This document shows, piece after piece, positions 1-15,900 of a stretch of 64,000 nt of DNA. The DNA is from the human T2T-CHM13v2.0 reference genome, Homo sapiens. The translations under genes and the position numbers were made by a program. The notes beneath the pieces were generated by a model. The model searched no databases. It saw only the letters and a list, made by a program, of their open reading frames with translations, and was not told the origin of the DNA. Numbering within the stretch: the stretch's first letter is position 1; each line of letters opens with the position of its first letter. Where the stretch lies: assembly GCF_009914755.1 (NCBI RefSeq), contig NC_060935.1; one strand, written 5' to 3'.

Positions 1-442
1 TGTTACTGTTGTCCTGAGGAGTGGGGACAGGAGAGGAGGAAAACAGGCTGGTCCAGGTGTCTTTCCTTAAAGGAGGCTCCAGCTTAGTTGGGGAGATAGA
101 TGGGCTGGTCAGAGTTTCAAGTCATAGGCAGTGCAGGCCTCAAAGGAACAGCCAGGACTTGAGACAAGAATCAGGCCAAGTGAGTAACTGTTGCTGCTGT
201 GGCAGTGAATGTTAGCAGCCCAGGCCTGCAGGGGGGAAGACTCATTTGGGGTACAGTGAGAGGTCTTGCTGGGCAAATGCAGGGTGTTTGCGGCAAGGTA
301 GGCTGGGGCTGGACTTGGAGGATGCCTGCGTGATTTAGATTCTATCTTGTAGAGAATGAGGTATCATGGAAGGATTTTCTTTTCATGTTGTAAATATTAA
401 TCATTTTATTGTTTTGTATTTTTGATGGCAATATAAAAATAC

Positions 443-1262
<820 letters not shown>

Positions 1263-1409
1263 ATGTGGGAGGATTTTGAACTGGGGAGTGGTGTTTGGAG
1301 CCTTTGGGTGGGGTGGGCTGTGAGGAGCCTGTGTGTGTGTCTGCCCTTACTGGGCTGGGTTTAGGGCAAGCTTCATGTGCTTCCTTTCTTTTAAGGGACT
1401 CTCTGAGAC

Positions 1410-1490
1410 AGGGTTATTATCCCCTTTTTGCAGATGAGGGCACTCAGGCTCAGTGAGGTTAAATAAGCTGCATGGCTAGACAATGGCAGA
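1410..1490 (-). mobile_element. MIR fragment
   Basis: MIR core in reverse (ttattatcccctttttgcagatgaggg...ggctcagtgaggttaaataa). Confidence 0.65.
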
Positions 1491-1852
1491 TAGCAGCCCT
1501 GTCCGGCTCTTAGCCAGCTTGCAGCCACCTGCCCCTGCTGGGCCAGGCGATTGCAGTGGTCTTGGCTGGGAGGGGCCCAGAGGCTGTGTGGTGCTGGAGA
1601 GAGGCAGCAGGCTGGACCTGGTTGGGCAAGGCTGAGTGGTTGTGGGATAAGAGGAGATGTTTCAGAGCAGCACCCACAGAACCGCTGTGATGGGAGAAAC
1701 AAGACTTCGAGTTAGGAGAGTGGGTTGGACTCTTGGTGCAGCCTATGTGACCTTGGGCTGATCTTGTCTCTTTTGAGCATCACTTTCCTCATCTGGAACC
1801 TGGGGCTCTTGTGGCTTCCTGCCTCTCTCAAGGGTGATTCGGGAGGAAGAGT

Positions 1853-1872
1853 GGGAGAGAGAGAGAGAGAGG
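1853..1872. repeat. (GA)n microsatellite
   Basis: gagaga run. Confidence 0.85.
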
Positions 1873-2602
1873 GAGAGGATGGAGGCGAGAGAGGTGGAGT
1901 GGGAAAGGAGGGCAGAATCTGCTAGAACCTGCAGAGCTCATAATCTAGGGGCGGGGAGGGACATGCAGCAGGTGCAGGCAGGTGTGGGAGGAAGTAGCCT
2001 GGTCATCTGGATGGACATCCCTGCCCATTCAGAGAAGCTCTGAACCCTGCAAAAGCTCCCACGTGGAGGCCAGTGAGCTGGTTATAATCCAGAGACTGTC
2101 AGTTTTTCCTAGTACATATTTGGACCTGAGCCTTTGTTTCTGCAAAGAGTCTGGTACTGACTCACACAGTGTCAGCAGCCCCCTTCCATCCCCTGGCACA
2201 CCCCTCCCTCATTCCTACTGAGCATTACCTTAAAACCAGTGAGGTCTTTCTGGGTCTTAAAGGTCACCCAGTGTCCTTGCCTATCTGGGCCTGTCTCTGT
2301 TCAAGTGGCAAGGCGGACCATCCCCTTTATCACTGACTTGCAGCTTGCCTGGGTTTTTTAAAAAGCTTGTCATTGCCAGTTAGAAAATAAAGACAGAAAC
2401 CTCCCCTTTGGCATTGGTATCGTGATGACTTGCTCTTGTTCTGACTCTATTTTGCTGGCTTGTTATGAGTCAGTCATTTTTTTTTAATGAAATGAATACC
2501 TTTGTCTTAATATGAAGCTAGGCATATATGATAAAGGTTAGATGATTTTTCAAATATGAAATCAGAATTCTACCCATACTCCCAAATTAGAGAGCAGTCT
2601 GA

Positions 2603-2974
<372 letters not shown>

Positions 2975-2980
2975 AGGCCT

Positions 2981-3262
2981 TTTTCTTTTCTTTTTTTTTT
3001 CCTCACTGTGTCACCCAGACTGTAGTGCAGTGGCACAATCTTGGTGCAACCTCCGTCTCCCAGGTTCAAGCGATTCTTGTGCCTCAGCCTCCTGAGTAGC
3101 TGGGATTACAAGCATGTGCCACCACACCTGGCTAATTTTTCTATTTTTAGCAGAGATGGGGTTTTGCCATGCTGGCCAGGGTGATCTTGAACTCCAGACC
3201 TCAAGTGATCTGCCCGCCTCCCAGAATGCTGGGATTACAGGTGTGAGCCACTGCACCCGGCT
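2981..3262 (-). mobile_element. Alu (AluS) with small deletions
   Basis: Reverse Alu adjacent to the previous one; flanked by aggcctttttctt-like repeats. Confidence 0.93.
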
Positions 3263-3389
3263 GAGGCCTTTTTCTTCTGTGCGTTCCTGCTGTCTTCCCT
3301 CCAGGCAGCAGCAAGCTGGTAGGAGCTGTACTTGTGAGTTGACATCATGATGTACAGTCACTGGTCACTTATAAAACTGGGCAGGCCCA

Positions 3390-3540
3390 GAGCAGGAAGG
3401 GTCATTGAGGGTCATCTAATGCAAACCGTTTACTTTAGAGATGTTGAAACCAAGGCGCAGAGAGGGGAAGTGACTTGCCCAAGACCACACAGCTAATATC
3501 ACTGTGAGCCCAGGTTCCTGGCTCCAGTTCCTGGTTCTTT
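3390..3540 (-). mobile_element. MIR fragment
   Basis: tttagagatgttgaaaccaaggcgcagagaggggaagtgacttgcccaagaccacacagcta. Confidence 0.75.
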
Positions 3541-3822
3541 CTGCCCCCTTCTTCCCGACACTAAAGATACAGTGGTGAGCACACAGGGTATTCAGTAACG
3601 TATCTATTTTTGACCTGTTTTTAATGGAGGCTGAATTGGGCTTTTAGGGTTGAGTTCTGACACGTGCCAGGTGATCTGCTGGAGGGAAATCTGTTACTTC
3701 TGGGGAAGAGTTGAAGGTGTCTTCTGAACTCTGGAATCTGTTTTGAGGGGAGGCTGAGCCCATGCGTGGACCCTTAGGCTGAGCCCATGCCTGCTTCAGA
3801 TGTTCCACACCTTTCACCACAA

Positions 3823-4123
3823 TTTATTTATTTATTTATTTTTTGAGACGGAGTCTCGCTCTGTGGCCCAGGCTGGAGTGCAGTGGCGTGATCTTGGCTC
3901 ACTGCAACCTCCGCCTCCTGGGTTTAAGCAATTCTCTGCCTCATCCTCCCGAGTAGCAGGGATTACAGGCATGTGCCACCACGCCCAGCTAATTTTTGTA
4001 TTTTTAGTAGAGACGGGGTTTCACCATCTTGGCCAGGCTGGTCTTGAACTTCTGACCTCGTGATCCAACTGCCTCGGCCTCCCAAAGTGCTGGGATTACA
4101 GGCGTGAGCCACCATGCCTGGCC
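3823..4123 (-). mobile_element. Alu (AluS)
   Basis: Full-length reverse Alu with (TTTA)n tail. Confidence 0.96.
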
Positions 4124-4124
4124 T

Positions 4125-4476
<352 letters not shown>

Positions 4477-4879
4477 TAAACAAATGAATTATTGTTAGCA
4501 AAACTGGGGGGTGGGTTGGGAAAGGAAAGTAGTTCCTTCTATAATAAAACTTGCTGATATTTCGTTGAAAGTCATTGTCTTACTCATCCTTGTATAAGAT
4601 AAGTCACACAATGAGTGGTATCAGGGTTGCAGGGTTTCCCCCTGTGAGGACACAATGGGATGAACCGTGTGTGGGATGGTCTGTTAAAGAAAAACAAGAA
4701 GCCATGTGTTGGAAACAACCTAAGTATTGAGCGGTGGAGGATTGCTGAAATTGTGGACTACTATGCAGTCATTACCAACGCACTGAAAAAATGTTCCATG
4801 ATATGGCAGGATGTTTATGCTATAAGAAATTTAAAGACGCGAGCTTCAAAGTAAAGTATAAACCTAATTTGGTCAAACA

Positions 4880-5171
4880 GGCTGGGCGCAGTGGCTCACG
4901 ACTGTAATCCTAGCACTTTGGGAGGCCGAGGCAGGTGGGTCGTTGGAGGTCAGGAGTTCGAGACCATCCTGGCCAGTATGGCGAGACCCCATCTCTACTA
5001 AAAATACAAAAACTAGCTGGGTATGGTGGCTCATGCCTGTAATCCCAGCTACTCAGGGGTCTGAGGCAGAAGGATCACTTGAACCTGGGAGGCGGAGGGT
5101 GTAGCGAGCCGAGATTGTGCCACTGCACTCCAGCCTGGGCAATAGAGCGAGACTCTGTCTCAAAAAAAAAA
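4880..5171 (+). mobile_element. Alu (AluS)
   Basis: Full-length Alu with A tail. Confidence 0.96.
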
Positions 5172-5234
5172 TATTGGTTAAAGAAACAAACGTTAGACTT
5201 GAAGCCGTGCTTTATATGGATATGTGGTGCACTA

Positions 5235-5408
5235 TAATGTGGTGCTTAAAAAGCAACTTAGGCAGACCTGGGCCAAGTCTGGGCTCTGCCACGTAACTGC
5301 TATGTGCCCCTGGGCAAGTCACTGGATCTTTCCCAGTTCAGGCTTCTCAGCTGTTAAGTGGGACTAGTACCTTATCTCTTTGGGTTGTTGTGAGAATTAA
5401 ATGAGCTA
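5235..5408 (+). mobile_element. MIR
   Basis: ggctctgccacgtaactgctatgtgcccctgggcaagtcac...gggttgttgtgagaattaaatgag. Confidence 0.75.
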
Positions 5409-5737
5409 TCTGGGCTTTCAGAGAAAGGGCTTCATGTGCCGTGGCTCTGATCAGACCAAACAAGTTATCTACTGCTCTAAGCCATCAAGGCCCCCCATGC
5501 CTGTTGGATACTGTTGAGTTATTTGGGTTGGCATGTAGTGCAGCGTTTCTGGACATACATACTCTGGGGACTCCCCATCCCAAATTTCTTACAGTCTCTC
5601 CAGTGTGCCACACGCTTTCTTGCCACTAGGTCCTTGCATGTGATGGAGTAACTCTTGTACCTCTGTCTCCCTAAATAGACGGGGTTCTCCAAGGACATCG
5701 TGCCACAGGGCCTGGTAACCCAGTAGGTGCTCAGTAA

Positions 5738-6041
<304 letters not shown>

Positions 6042-6097
6042 CATTAGGTGCTCAGTAATTTGTTGAATGAATTGAAGACATGGGACTTGAGTTAGGC

Positions 6098-6401
<304 letters not shown>

Positions 6402-6530
6402 TATTATTATTATTATTATTATTATTTTGGAGATAGGGTTTTTCTGTGTGGCTCAGGCTGGACTTGAATTCCTGAGCCCAAGTCATCCTTCCGCTTCAGC
6501 CAATTGAGTAGCTGGGATTACAGGTGCACT
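6402..6530 (-). mobile_element. Alu monomer (FLAM/FAM-like) with (TTA)n tail
   Basis: Diverged single-arm Alu sequence. Confidence 0.75.
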
Positions 6531-7221
6531 GTCCCTCCCAGCAAGTTGGGTCTTTAAATAAAGAGTGGGGTTTGGTGAGCAGGGTGGGTGCACTGTTCTA
6601 GGAGGTGGGCAGGACAGAGGTCAGTGGTGGTCCCTACTGCCTATTCAGGGACCAGGGCCCCTGGGCAAAGGCAGAGATAACATTGGCACAATCTGCCTTT
6701 CAGCTTTCATTGTCATGCGGGAGTCACCATGCTTTGTAAGACATTTAATCTATAAGACTTGATTAGTTTTGCTACCTTTCATAGCTTGGGGCTGTGTATG
6801 CCTGTTTGTAAGAGAGATCCATCCAGATCAAGCCTGTGCAGCAATAATGTATGTGCACAAGGCCTCTTGTGTTGTGCTGATGGTAAGATAGGAGCTGGAC
6901 TTGGAGGCAGGAGGTGGCCTGGGTTCTGTTTCTGGACTTACCACTTACTAGACGGGTACTCTTGAGTGGAGTCACTTAAGAAAGTAATGCCGATCAGGGG
7001 CTCAGAGTGTCCCAAGTGTTTTCTCTTGCCTTATTCTCATTAAACAGAAGTACAGCTCAGAATATGATGGGCCAGTCTTATGTGATTGGTGTTAATAAGG
7101 CAGTAGAGAGTTGGGGGTACTCTGGCAGACCATGAGAACCTGCCCTGTTTGAAGGAGAATGCTGCCTCCTCTTCCTCCTTTTAAAATTCACACATATGAT
7201 GCTCACTAAGTGTCTGGCACC

Positions 7222-7529
7222 CTTTTTTCTTTTTCTTTTTGGGGCAGAGTCTTGCTCTGTTGCCCAGGCTGGAGTGCAGTAGCACAAACACACCTCACTT
7301 ACTGCAGCCTCAAACTCCCTGGCTTTAAGTGATCCTCCCACCTCAGCCTTCCAAGTATCTGGGACCACAGGCACATGTCACCACACCTGGCTAATTAAAA
7401 ACATTTTTTTGTAGAAATGAGGTCTTACCAGGTCGCCCAGGCTGATCGTGAACTCCTGGGCTCAGGTGATCCTCCTGTCTTGGCCTCCCAAAGTGCTGAC
7501 ATTATAGGTGTGAGCCACTGTGCCCCGCC
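7222..7529 (-). mobile_element. Alu (AluJ)
   Basis: Diverged reverse Alu with J-type gcagcctcaaactcc, cctgggctca. Confidence 0.93.
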
Positions 7530-8262
7530 TCAGTTTTTAAAAATACTTGCTTAAGGAGAGAGCACTGAAGGAAGATTTAGATCTGCTCTGTTGAAGTGAC
7601 AGAGTACGGTGGTTTCCATTTATGCGTATTTTGTAGTTCGGATGGCTTCTTGTGGGGAGTCCTGTGAGTTCACACTTGGGGGCATGGTGTGGGGGACCTG
7701 TGAAGTGGGTGTTCTGGGGTGAGTGCGATGCTAGTCACTGTCCCAGTTTTCTTCTCATTTCTTTTTTTGTGAGTGCTTGGCTAGTGGCAGCCTTGCAGAT
7801 CAGCTAGTTTTGACCCACATCCTCCCTCTAAGTGGTGCTCATTGAATTGAGCCACAGCCCCAAGGTCATGTTTTCAAGGTTGGCATTTGGGAGGCCTTGT
7901 CAGAAGGTCTTATACCATATTCCAGTCACCCAAAGTGCTGCCCGCCATGCCTGTTCGTTCAGCAGGATTTCCCTGAGCACCTGCTCTGTGCCAAGCCCTA
8001 TGCTAAGCACCAAGGGAGTAAATATGGAGGGCAGTGTCCCCAGAGTCCAGGAACTCGTGATCTAGTCGGGGAGGAGAGGGGTACCTACTCTGTCTTTTAC
8101 ACAGCAAGTGTAACCTCTGAAGAATGATGTTCCAGGAGGCAAGAGCAACCCTGGCGGACTGGTGGAGCTGGGAAGGGAAAGATGCTTCTGGAGGGGCCTT
8201 GGGAGAAGAGTCCTCCAGGGTGAGCCCCTTGAGAGAGGTTTCAGAGCTCTCATCCATCTTCA

Positions 8263-8688
<426 letters not shown>

Positions 8689-9819
8689 GGTTCCATTCAA
8701 GATGTCAAGCCCCACGGGACTGAGGGTAACATGAGGGTAACAGACAGGTGATGTTAAATTCCATTTGGGCTCATGTTCACCCCCAGGCCCCTTATTTTCT
8801 TTCAAACACATGGAATGGGCATTTAGAACTAGGAAGATCATGAATCTGGTGGCTGTGTAGATGCCATACCAGGTATGGACCACAGGCTTGGAGCGCAGCA
8901 GCATACAGGGGTCAGAGGTCAAGGCCAGTGGTCTATCAGAACCCAGTTCCTGCAGGAGCCAGTGCCGGTACTAGGTAGACTCAGATGACTGAATGGTCCT
9001 CGGGATCTGAAGGCCAGTGGGGGAGATGAGGCCTGGCCTCCCGGAAGTGCTCAGTAAACATTTGTTAATCATTTCCTGCCTAGGGAAGCTCTGTGGTATG
9101 CTCAGGAGAATCTTGCTTCTCATGGGGGAATGGGTGGTTGTCATTTGGGTGGCCTGACTGCCAGCCTGCTTGCTGGCTCTCTGGGAGTTGGGGTGGTGGC
9201 ATCAACCTGCAGAGGCGGGGCAGTGGGGCAGCTCACGGCTGTGTGGGTAAGTAAGCAGTGAGCACAGTGAGGGAGCTGTTGCCAGGAGCCTCTTGGCTTA
9301 GTGAGCCAAGCAGAACCATGTGATGCACCCTGTGGGCGGCCACCTGGGGACTCAGGACATGCACCCAGATCCCTCCTCCCCTACCCACTTCAAAGAAAGT
9401 GCTGCCCTCCCAGTGGTGATGAAGACCTTCCGCTGGCCCCAGCCTCTGGGATCTGGCCTTTACTTGGGTATTCATGTGGCCCTGGGGGTTGGCTTTGCTG
9501 AAGTTGGGCAGAGCAGGTGGGTTCTGGAATGTGCAGGGGCAACCAGAGTGTCCATCTGTTTGGGTGAAGCCAGCTGTTTAGGTCTGAAGGATCTGTTTGA
9601 TTTTTAGAAACATGATGTGTTCCAGAGTTAGTAGGTGGTGGTGATGGAGGGTATTGGCGTGAAGAGTGTGGATGCTCTTCGTTCCTTTGCTGTTTTGGGA
9701 CTATCTCTCTATGGGGTAGTGGCCCCTTTCCTTGTTAGGATCATTTAGAACCCCCTGGGATCATGAGAATGAATGTGGGTCTATCCTTCCTTCTGTGTGA
9801 GGAAAAGGGGAGGTATTGT

Positions 9820-10030
9820 GGTTAAGCAAGTTTGGAGAACTCTGGCCTGAACAAAATCAAACAGATGTCTTTCTTGCAGGACTTAGAAGAAACTTAAATC
9901 TGTTGGTAACTCTTTAAGAGGGAAGGGGATATAAAACCCTTGTTTTCCCTAGATTTTTGTTTTACTCTATAGCTGTCTCTTTTTAGAAGCATCTCATGAG
10001 ACTAATGTTTTTAGGAACCTGCTGTAGGAA
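9820..10030. mobile_element. Old hAT-Charlie DNA transposon remnant (MER103-like)
   Basis: ggttaagcaagtttggagaac...aaacagatgtctttcttgcaggactt resembles the recalled consensus. Confidence 0.4.
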
Positions 10031-10205
10031 ATTCATTTATTCAAAAAATATTTGTTGAGCATCTGTTATGTGCTAGTGACTGCTCCAGGTGCTTGGGATA
10101 CAGCAGTGACCACCTCCAACCAAGATCCCGCTTTCAAGAACTTCCATTCTAGCAGAAGTGATGAACTCATTTTTATGGAGCACCTACTGTGTATTAGGCA
10201 TGTGA

Positions 10206-10570
<365 letters not shown>

Positions 10571-11159
10571 AGATGGACCATTTTAAAGATTAGGTAACTG
10601 AGCTCTAGGGGTCAAGAGACTTGGCCACTTTGGCAGCTGCATTGTCGTTTTTGGATTATGTCATCAAATTGCAAGGGGAGGTGGTGAAATAAGGAATTTC
10701 TGCAACAGAAATTGGAGTCTGCGGTGGGGATGCTGCAGGCCTTAGCTGCTGTATCACTGTGTCCGTTTATGAAGGCCCGATGGAGAAGAGGCTCTGAATC
10801 AGGCCGGGAAAGAGGTATTTCTCTGGAACAACTGGTTTGTTTCTGTGTTATGGGCACCGAGAAGCGTGTGGCTCATCATGTTTTCCTTTGGCTTTGGTTA
10901 CTAAGCACCTGAGAGCTAGATTTGTGGCCCATCTTGACACTTCTGCAGGATGGGACCATATGGCATGCATTTCTATGTGCTGATCTTACCCCAACCTCCC
11001 GCCCTCCATCCCGCTTTATTATTTTCTCTATACTCATTTTTGCCTTGCCTGGTTCTCTTGTTTGTTTTATTCTTTTGTGTTATTTGTATTATTCTAAACC
11101 ACCACATATACTTGGTGGGATGGAGCTGGGTATAGTTAAATTTTAAAAATAATGGTGAG

Positions 11160-11562
<403 letters not shown>

Positions 11563-12074
11563 TTAGGATCCACTGCAAGGTTCCTTTGCAGTGGGAGCCA
11601 GGTCTGTTTGGCTTTTGCAGCCATTGTGTTATGGGTTCCAGTGGAAGCTGGGCTGGCTGGATTGGAGGTGTTGAGGGGCTTGGATTGACCTAAGTGTCAC
11701 CTGTGGCTCAAGCAAGGCTCTGGACTGTGGATTCCTTCTTGGTGAGGGCTGTTCAGCCTCACCCAGGAGAGAACCCATACCTCTGCTTCTTGCTTGTGAG
11801 GCATCAGGTTTCAAGCAGGGGTCAGACCAGATGAGCACTGTTATGTTCTTCACAGCTGCTTCCCACTCGTTATCCTCATAGTAGCCCAGGGTAGAAAAGG
11901 AGAGGATGAGTGGGTGGTATTGATGAAGAAACGGAGACCTACAGAGGTGAAATGACTTCACCCACCAGGTGATGGCTGAGTCTGCAACCCAACAAAAAAC
12001 TCTGGCTTGCTGGCATTTCTCAGGCCAGACAGTTCCAATGTGAACCCACGGTACCTTCTGCGGGAGAAAAGGTG

Positions 12075-12260
12075 GCATGGGAAGCAGGAAGAGCCTAGGA
12101 TTTGGGAGTTGGATGCCATGGACTTGAGTCCTGGCCACTACTATGTGCATATGGGGAAGTCACTTTTCTGAGCCTCAGCCGCCTCATCTTTAAAATGTGG
12201 GCCCTAATTTCTGCCCTGCCAGCCTCACAGGATGGTCATGAGAAACTGAATGAGAAGATG
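12075..12260 (+). mobile_element. MIR
   Basis: gaagtcacttttctgagcctcagccgcctcatctttaaaatg...atgagaaactgaatgag. Confidence 0.7.
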
Positions 12261-12482
12261 AACATGGAAGCCTTTTGTCTGGCATTAACCACATGTGCCT
12301 GTGTGCTGGGTTCTGTCTGCATTGTGCTAATGATGGTGGTGATGGTATTAATAGTAATAATAGTGAACATTTAAGGAACACTGCCTCCTATAATAGTCAC
12401 CATGGTAAACTTTACATACATTATCTTAATGAATGCAGAAAACAAGCAGATGAGCAGGGACCGTCTATTATTTTCCCATTTA

Positions 12483-12623
12483 TTTTTGTTTATTTTTAAT
12501 TTTTTTTTTGTAGAGACAGGGTCTCATGTTGTGGCCCAGGTCTTGAGCTCCTGGGCTCAAGCAATCCTCCCACCTCGGTTCCCCAAAGTGCCAGGATCAC
12601 AGGTGTGAGTTACCTCACCTGGC
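12483..12623 (-). mobile_element. Alu left monomer (FLAM-like)
   Basis: gtagagacagggtctc...ctcctgggctcaagcaatcctccc...caggtgtgag. Confidence 0.85.
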
Positions 12624-13604
12624 TGTATTTTCCCATTTTTACAAGTGGAAACAGGGGGTTCAAAAAAGTTTATGTAATTTGCTTAAGGTTGTAGAGATGT
12701 TACATAGTGGAGTCCAGATTTGATCCCAAGTAGGTGACCCTACTGTGGTATCACTGCTATCAGATTGGAAACAGCAGAAGTCTAGGACCTTTTTGGTTTG
12801 GTTGATGACATCTGTGCACATCATTCTGGTAGGTAGGGGCCATCTGGGGGCAGGAAGTTGGGTGTGGGTAGGGGTTGGCCCTGGAGAGGCAATAGAAGCT
12901 GGGGCTTGGCTGGATAACAAGCCTGGCACACTGAGTTTGTCTCTGAGGTTTAGTTTCTCACCTGTAAGATGATGATATAATAATGTGCCTCATGGGATTA
13001 AAGAAAATAAGAGATGCCTAGATACTTATACATTGCTATAAAAATGTCTGTGTTATAAGAGTGACATGGCATTCCACAAAATGCAGTGTAGATGTAAATT
13101 AGTTGGAATGGTGACCTCACCCCTGCTAGGTAGCACTGGCTTATGTCCCACCTGAGAGTAGTAGCATCTGAGGGCTAGCCACACTGAACAAGCCACACAC
13201 CTGACCTCAGCATCCTCTTCTGTGAGGGGAATGCTCTCTGCTCTTCTACCTGCATGCACCGTGTTTGTGGAAGTGCTCTGTGTAGGACAGGGAAAGCACC
13301 TTGCAGAGAGCAAGGGCCCACTGGCTGCAGAGAGCCTGGTGGGTGATGGACCAGAGATAAGGGTGAGGGACAGTTTAGAGTGTCACAGTTTCTCATAGAG
13401 CTTTGGGCAGTGACACCAGTATTAGTCTCAGGACCATCATTGACTCCTGGTTAGTTTTTCTGTTTTCAAAACACTTTATCAGCTGTAAAGCACTTAAAAA
13501 TGTAAATTAGTTCCTGCAAAAACAAAATGCACAAAAAATGATGGCTCTGCCAGGCTGGGTTGGGAGATGAATGTGTATGCATGTGTGAATGGATTCATTT
13601 CTGA

Positions 13605-13740
13605 TGATAAAAATACTTTATGCTTATTTATGTGAAACTTGGAAAATAGAGGAAAAGTATAAAATTGAAACTAAAAGTCATCCATAATCCTTCTAAGTAG
13701 CTTTATCATTTAATGTTTTAGTATATTTCCTTCCTGTTTT
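13605..13740 (-). mobile_element. Old L1M (L1ME/MC-type) 3' remnant
   Basis: aaacttggaaaatagaggaaaagtataaa...catccataatcc...ttttagtatatttccttcc. Confidence 0.5.
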
Positions 13741-14553
13741 TTTTTTTTTCCTTAATTCTGGGTGTATGCAAAGGATTTTGTAACCCTTTACATTCTGGAA
13801 ACTGTTCAACATGACTTCTTTTTTTTTTCTTTCAACCAATTTGTGGAGAGTCCATTTTGCAAAGCCTTAGCACAGTGCCAAGCACAAGCTACACACCCGG
13901 GATGCTGCTGAATGCAGATGAGAGCATGCCAGCTCTGCTGAAGTTGGGGGCTGGGGGCAGTGGATGGCTGTGAGTGGTGTGAAGCCCCGGGCCACAGTGA
14001 AGACCCTGGAATGGCTGAGAGACTGGGATTCCAGGAGACCGAGGTTTGAGGGGAGGCTTTTCATTGTTTGATTAGCTCTTTTTTTCTTACCACATGTAAG
14101 TCATCATAATACTTAAAAAATTGCTGTAAAAAGCAGCTAATTAAAAATATAAATACAGTCTTTTTGGAGACTAGAAACAGTCACAAGAGAAGCAGTTTCA
14201 GTGAGAACCAGATCCTTTGTCAGTGTCAGCGAGGGGGAGGGGCGTCGGGGCCCAGCCAGCAAATCCTTCCCTCCGAACTGGGGGTGCGGAATGTGGCACT
14301 CCCTTTAGTTAGACTTGATGAGCTTTGGATTTGAGTAAGTGACAGCCCCTTTTATTTCCTGCTTTGTTCTCTCCCAGGTACCAGTTGACCACAGTTTTCA
14401 TTCATGCAAATGGAAGCTGACAGCTGCCCAGGGAGGGTTAGATACCTGGGAGGATAGAGCAGAGGCCCTCCTTCTCCCCGACCCCTCGCCTCTGCAGGCT
14501 GGTGGGGAGGGGGGCAGGGGAGTCGAGTTACCCTCTCTCCACGCTTTCTTCTT

Positions 14554-14598
14554 GTGTATGTGTGCGTGTACGTGCGTGTGTGTGTTGTGTGTGTGTGT
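14554..14598. repeat. Imperfect (TG)n tract
   Basis: tgtgtatgtgtgcgtgtacgtgcgtgtgtgtgttgtgtgtgtgtgt. Confidence 0.85.
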
Positions 14599-15059
14599 CT
14601 TGGGGGATGGAGAACCCCTCTCAGGAGGGCCTGTGGAAAGGCTGGGGTAAGTGGAGTGAGCCCGTGGGTCCTGCCCTTCCAGGCTGCCAAGAGTTTAAGT
14701 TGCTGCCTCCCGGTCTCTGTGCCCTTTTCCTGCCTGTGGAAGGCCCTCTCTCTGTTTAGGAACGTGGATGTGGCAGGGGCTGGGCGGGCACTTGGCCTTT
14801 ATAACAACAGAAGAGGATTTTCAGTGACGAGGAAGCATCCCGCCCTTCTGGTTCCCTGTCTTCCACCTGGCCCCACTGCGACAGCCTCTCCAGGCCTCTG
14901 ACTTCACTAGAATCTGCCCCTCCACCCCACCTTCCCCCGAACCCCACCTCCTTTCTCTGAGCCTGAGAGGAGTTAATTGTGTTAGAGTGCACTGAGAAAC
15001 CTCCAGGAAGGGGCCCTAGTCCCTGTGTTGCCTGTTCAGCAATCACATTTGCTCACGTC

Positions 15060-15900
15060 TAGAAAGTACAATATAATGACTCAGGTTAAGGGGTGAAAAA
15101 ATGTGGTGGACATTTTGCCAGGGTACTGTGTTAACTGTTCCAAGGTATCACCCTGTGTGAGACTCAGGAACATTCAGTGTTTTGGTTTCCCCCCTATTGT
15201 ACTGAATGCCGGCAGCTTTCCCCTTCTAATTATTTATCTTAATAATTTGAGGAAAGTTGATTTGCTTTTTAAAAACTGGCATCCAAGCGTACCCTATCGC
15301 ACTGCACACAGCTGAGAGATTAAGGCAGTTCTTTAGAATTCCTAGTCCGTGTTGTGTACACAGCGATAGGCTGGGGTAGTGGTTCTGGGTGCAACTGGGG
15401 ACAGGCGAGGAACCATAAATTTGGCAGGAAAGATTTGTGTTGGTACCCTGTTATATTTGCTTTGCATCACATATTGTTTAAAAAGAGCGATATTTTCGTT
15501 AAAGGAAAAGGAACTGTGTATTTGAGATAAGAAGTAGAATAAAATGAAATGAATAGTTGGGTTTCGTCCTGTGGCCTTCAAAATGGCGTTATTTCTGAGA
15601 TCCCTGTTTCTATGCTGTTCCAGTATTTATACGGAACTTATAAAATACAAAGTATAGGCATGTCCCGAGATCCTGGCGAGGCTGTAATTTATAGTGTTGT
15701 TCTTTTTCTTTTGTTTTACAGAGCTGAGTTTGGTGAAACTTCAGGAGGTTTTAGCTAGTGGCGATCCAAAGACATTAAATATTGCTTTGTGGGTACGTCT
15801 CCACCTTGCGTCTTACTTGGTGACTGTTCAGTGGTAGGCAAATGTCAGAACCCAGTATGCAAATGTGGAAGTGGACAGATTTGAGTCAGTTATCTCAGCT
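15060..15900. promoter_or_regulatory. Candidate intronic enhancer / constrained non-coding element
   Basis: No recognisable repeat; CpG excess in AT-rich DNA; AP-1 sites at 15077 and 15882, octamer at 15857, YY1-like caaaatggcg at ~15579. Confidence 0.35.

Noticed and set aside
3751-3790. 15-bp direct repeat aggctgagcccatgc with a 10-nt spacer
   Set aside because: Two copies only; ordinary slippage duplication, not an array.
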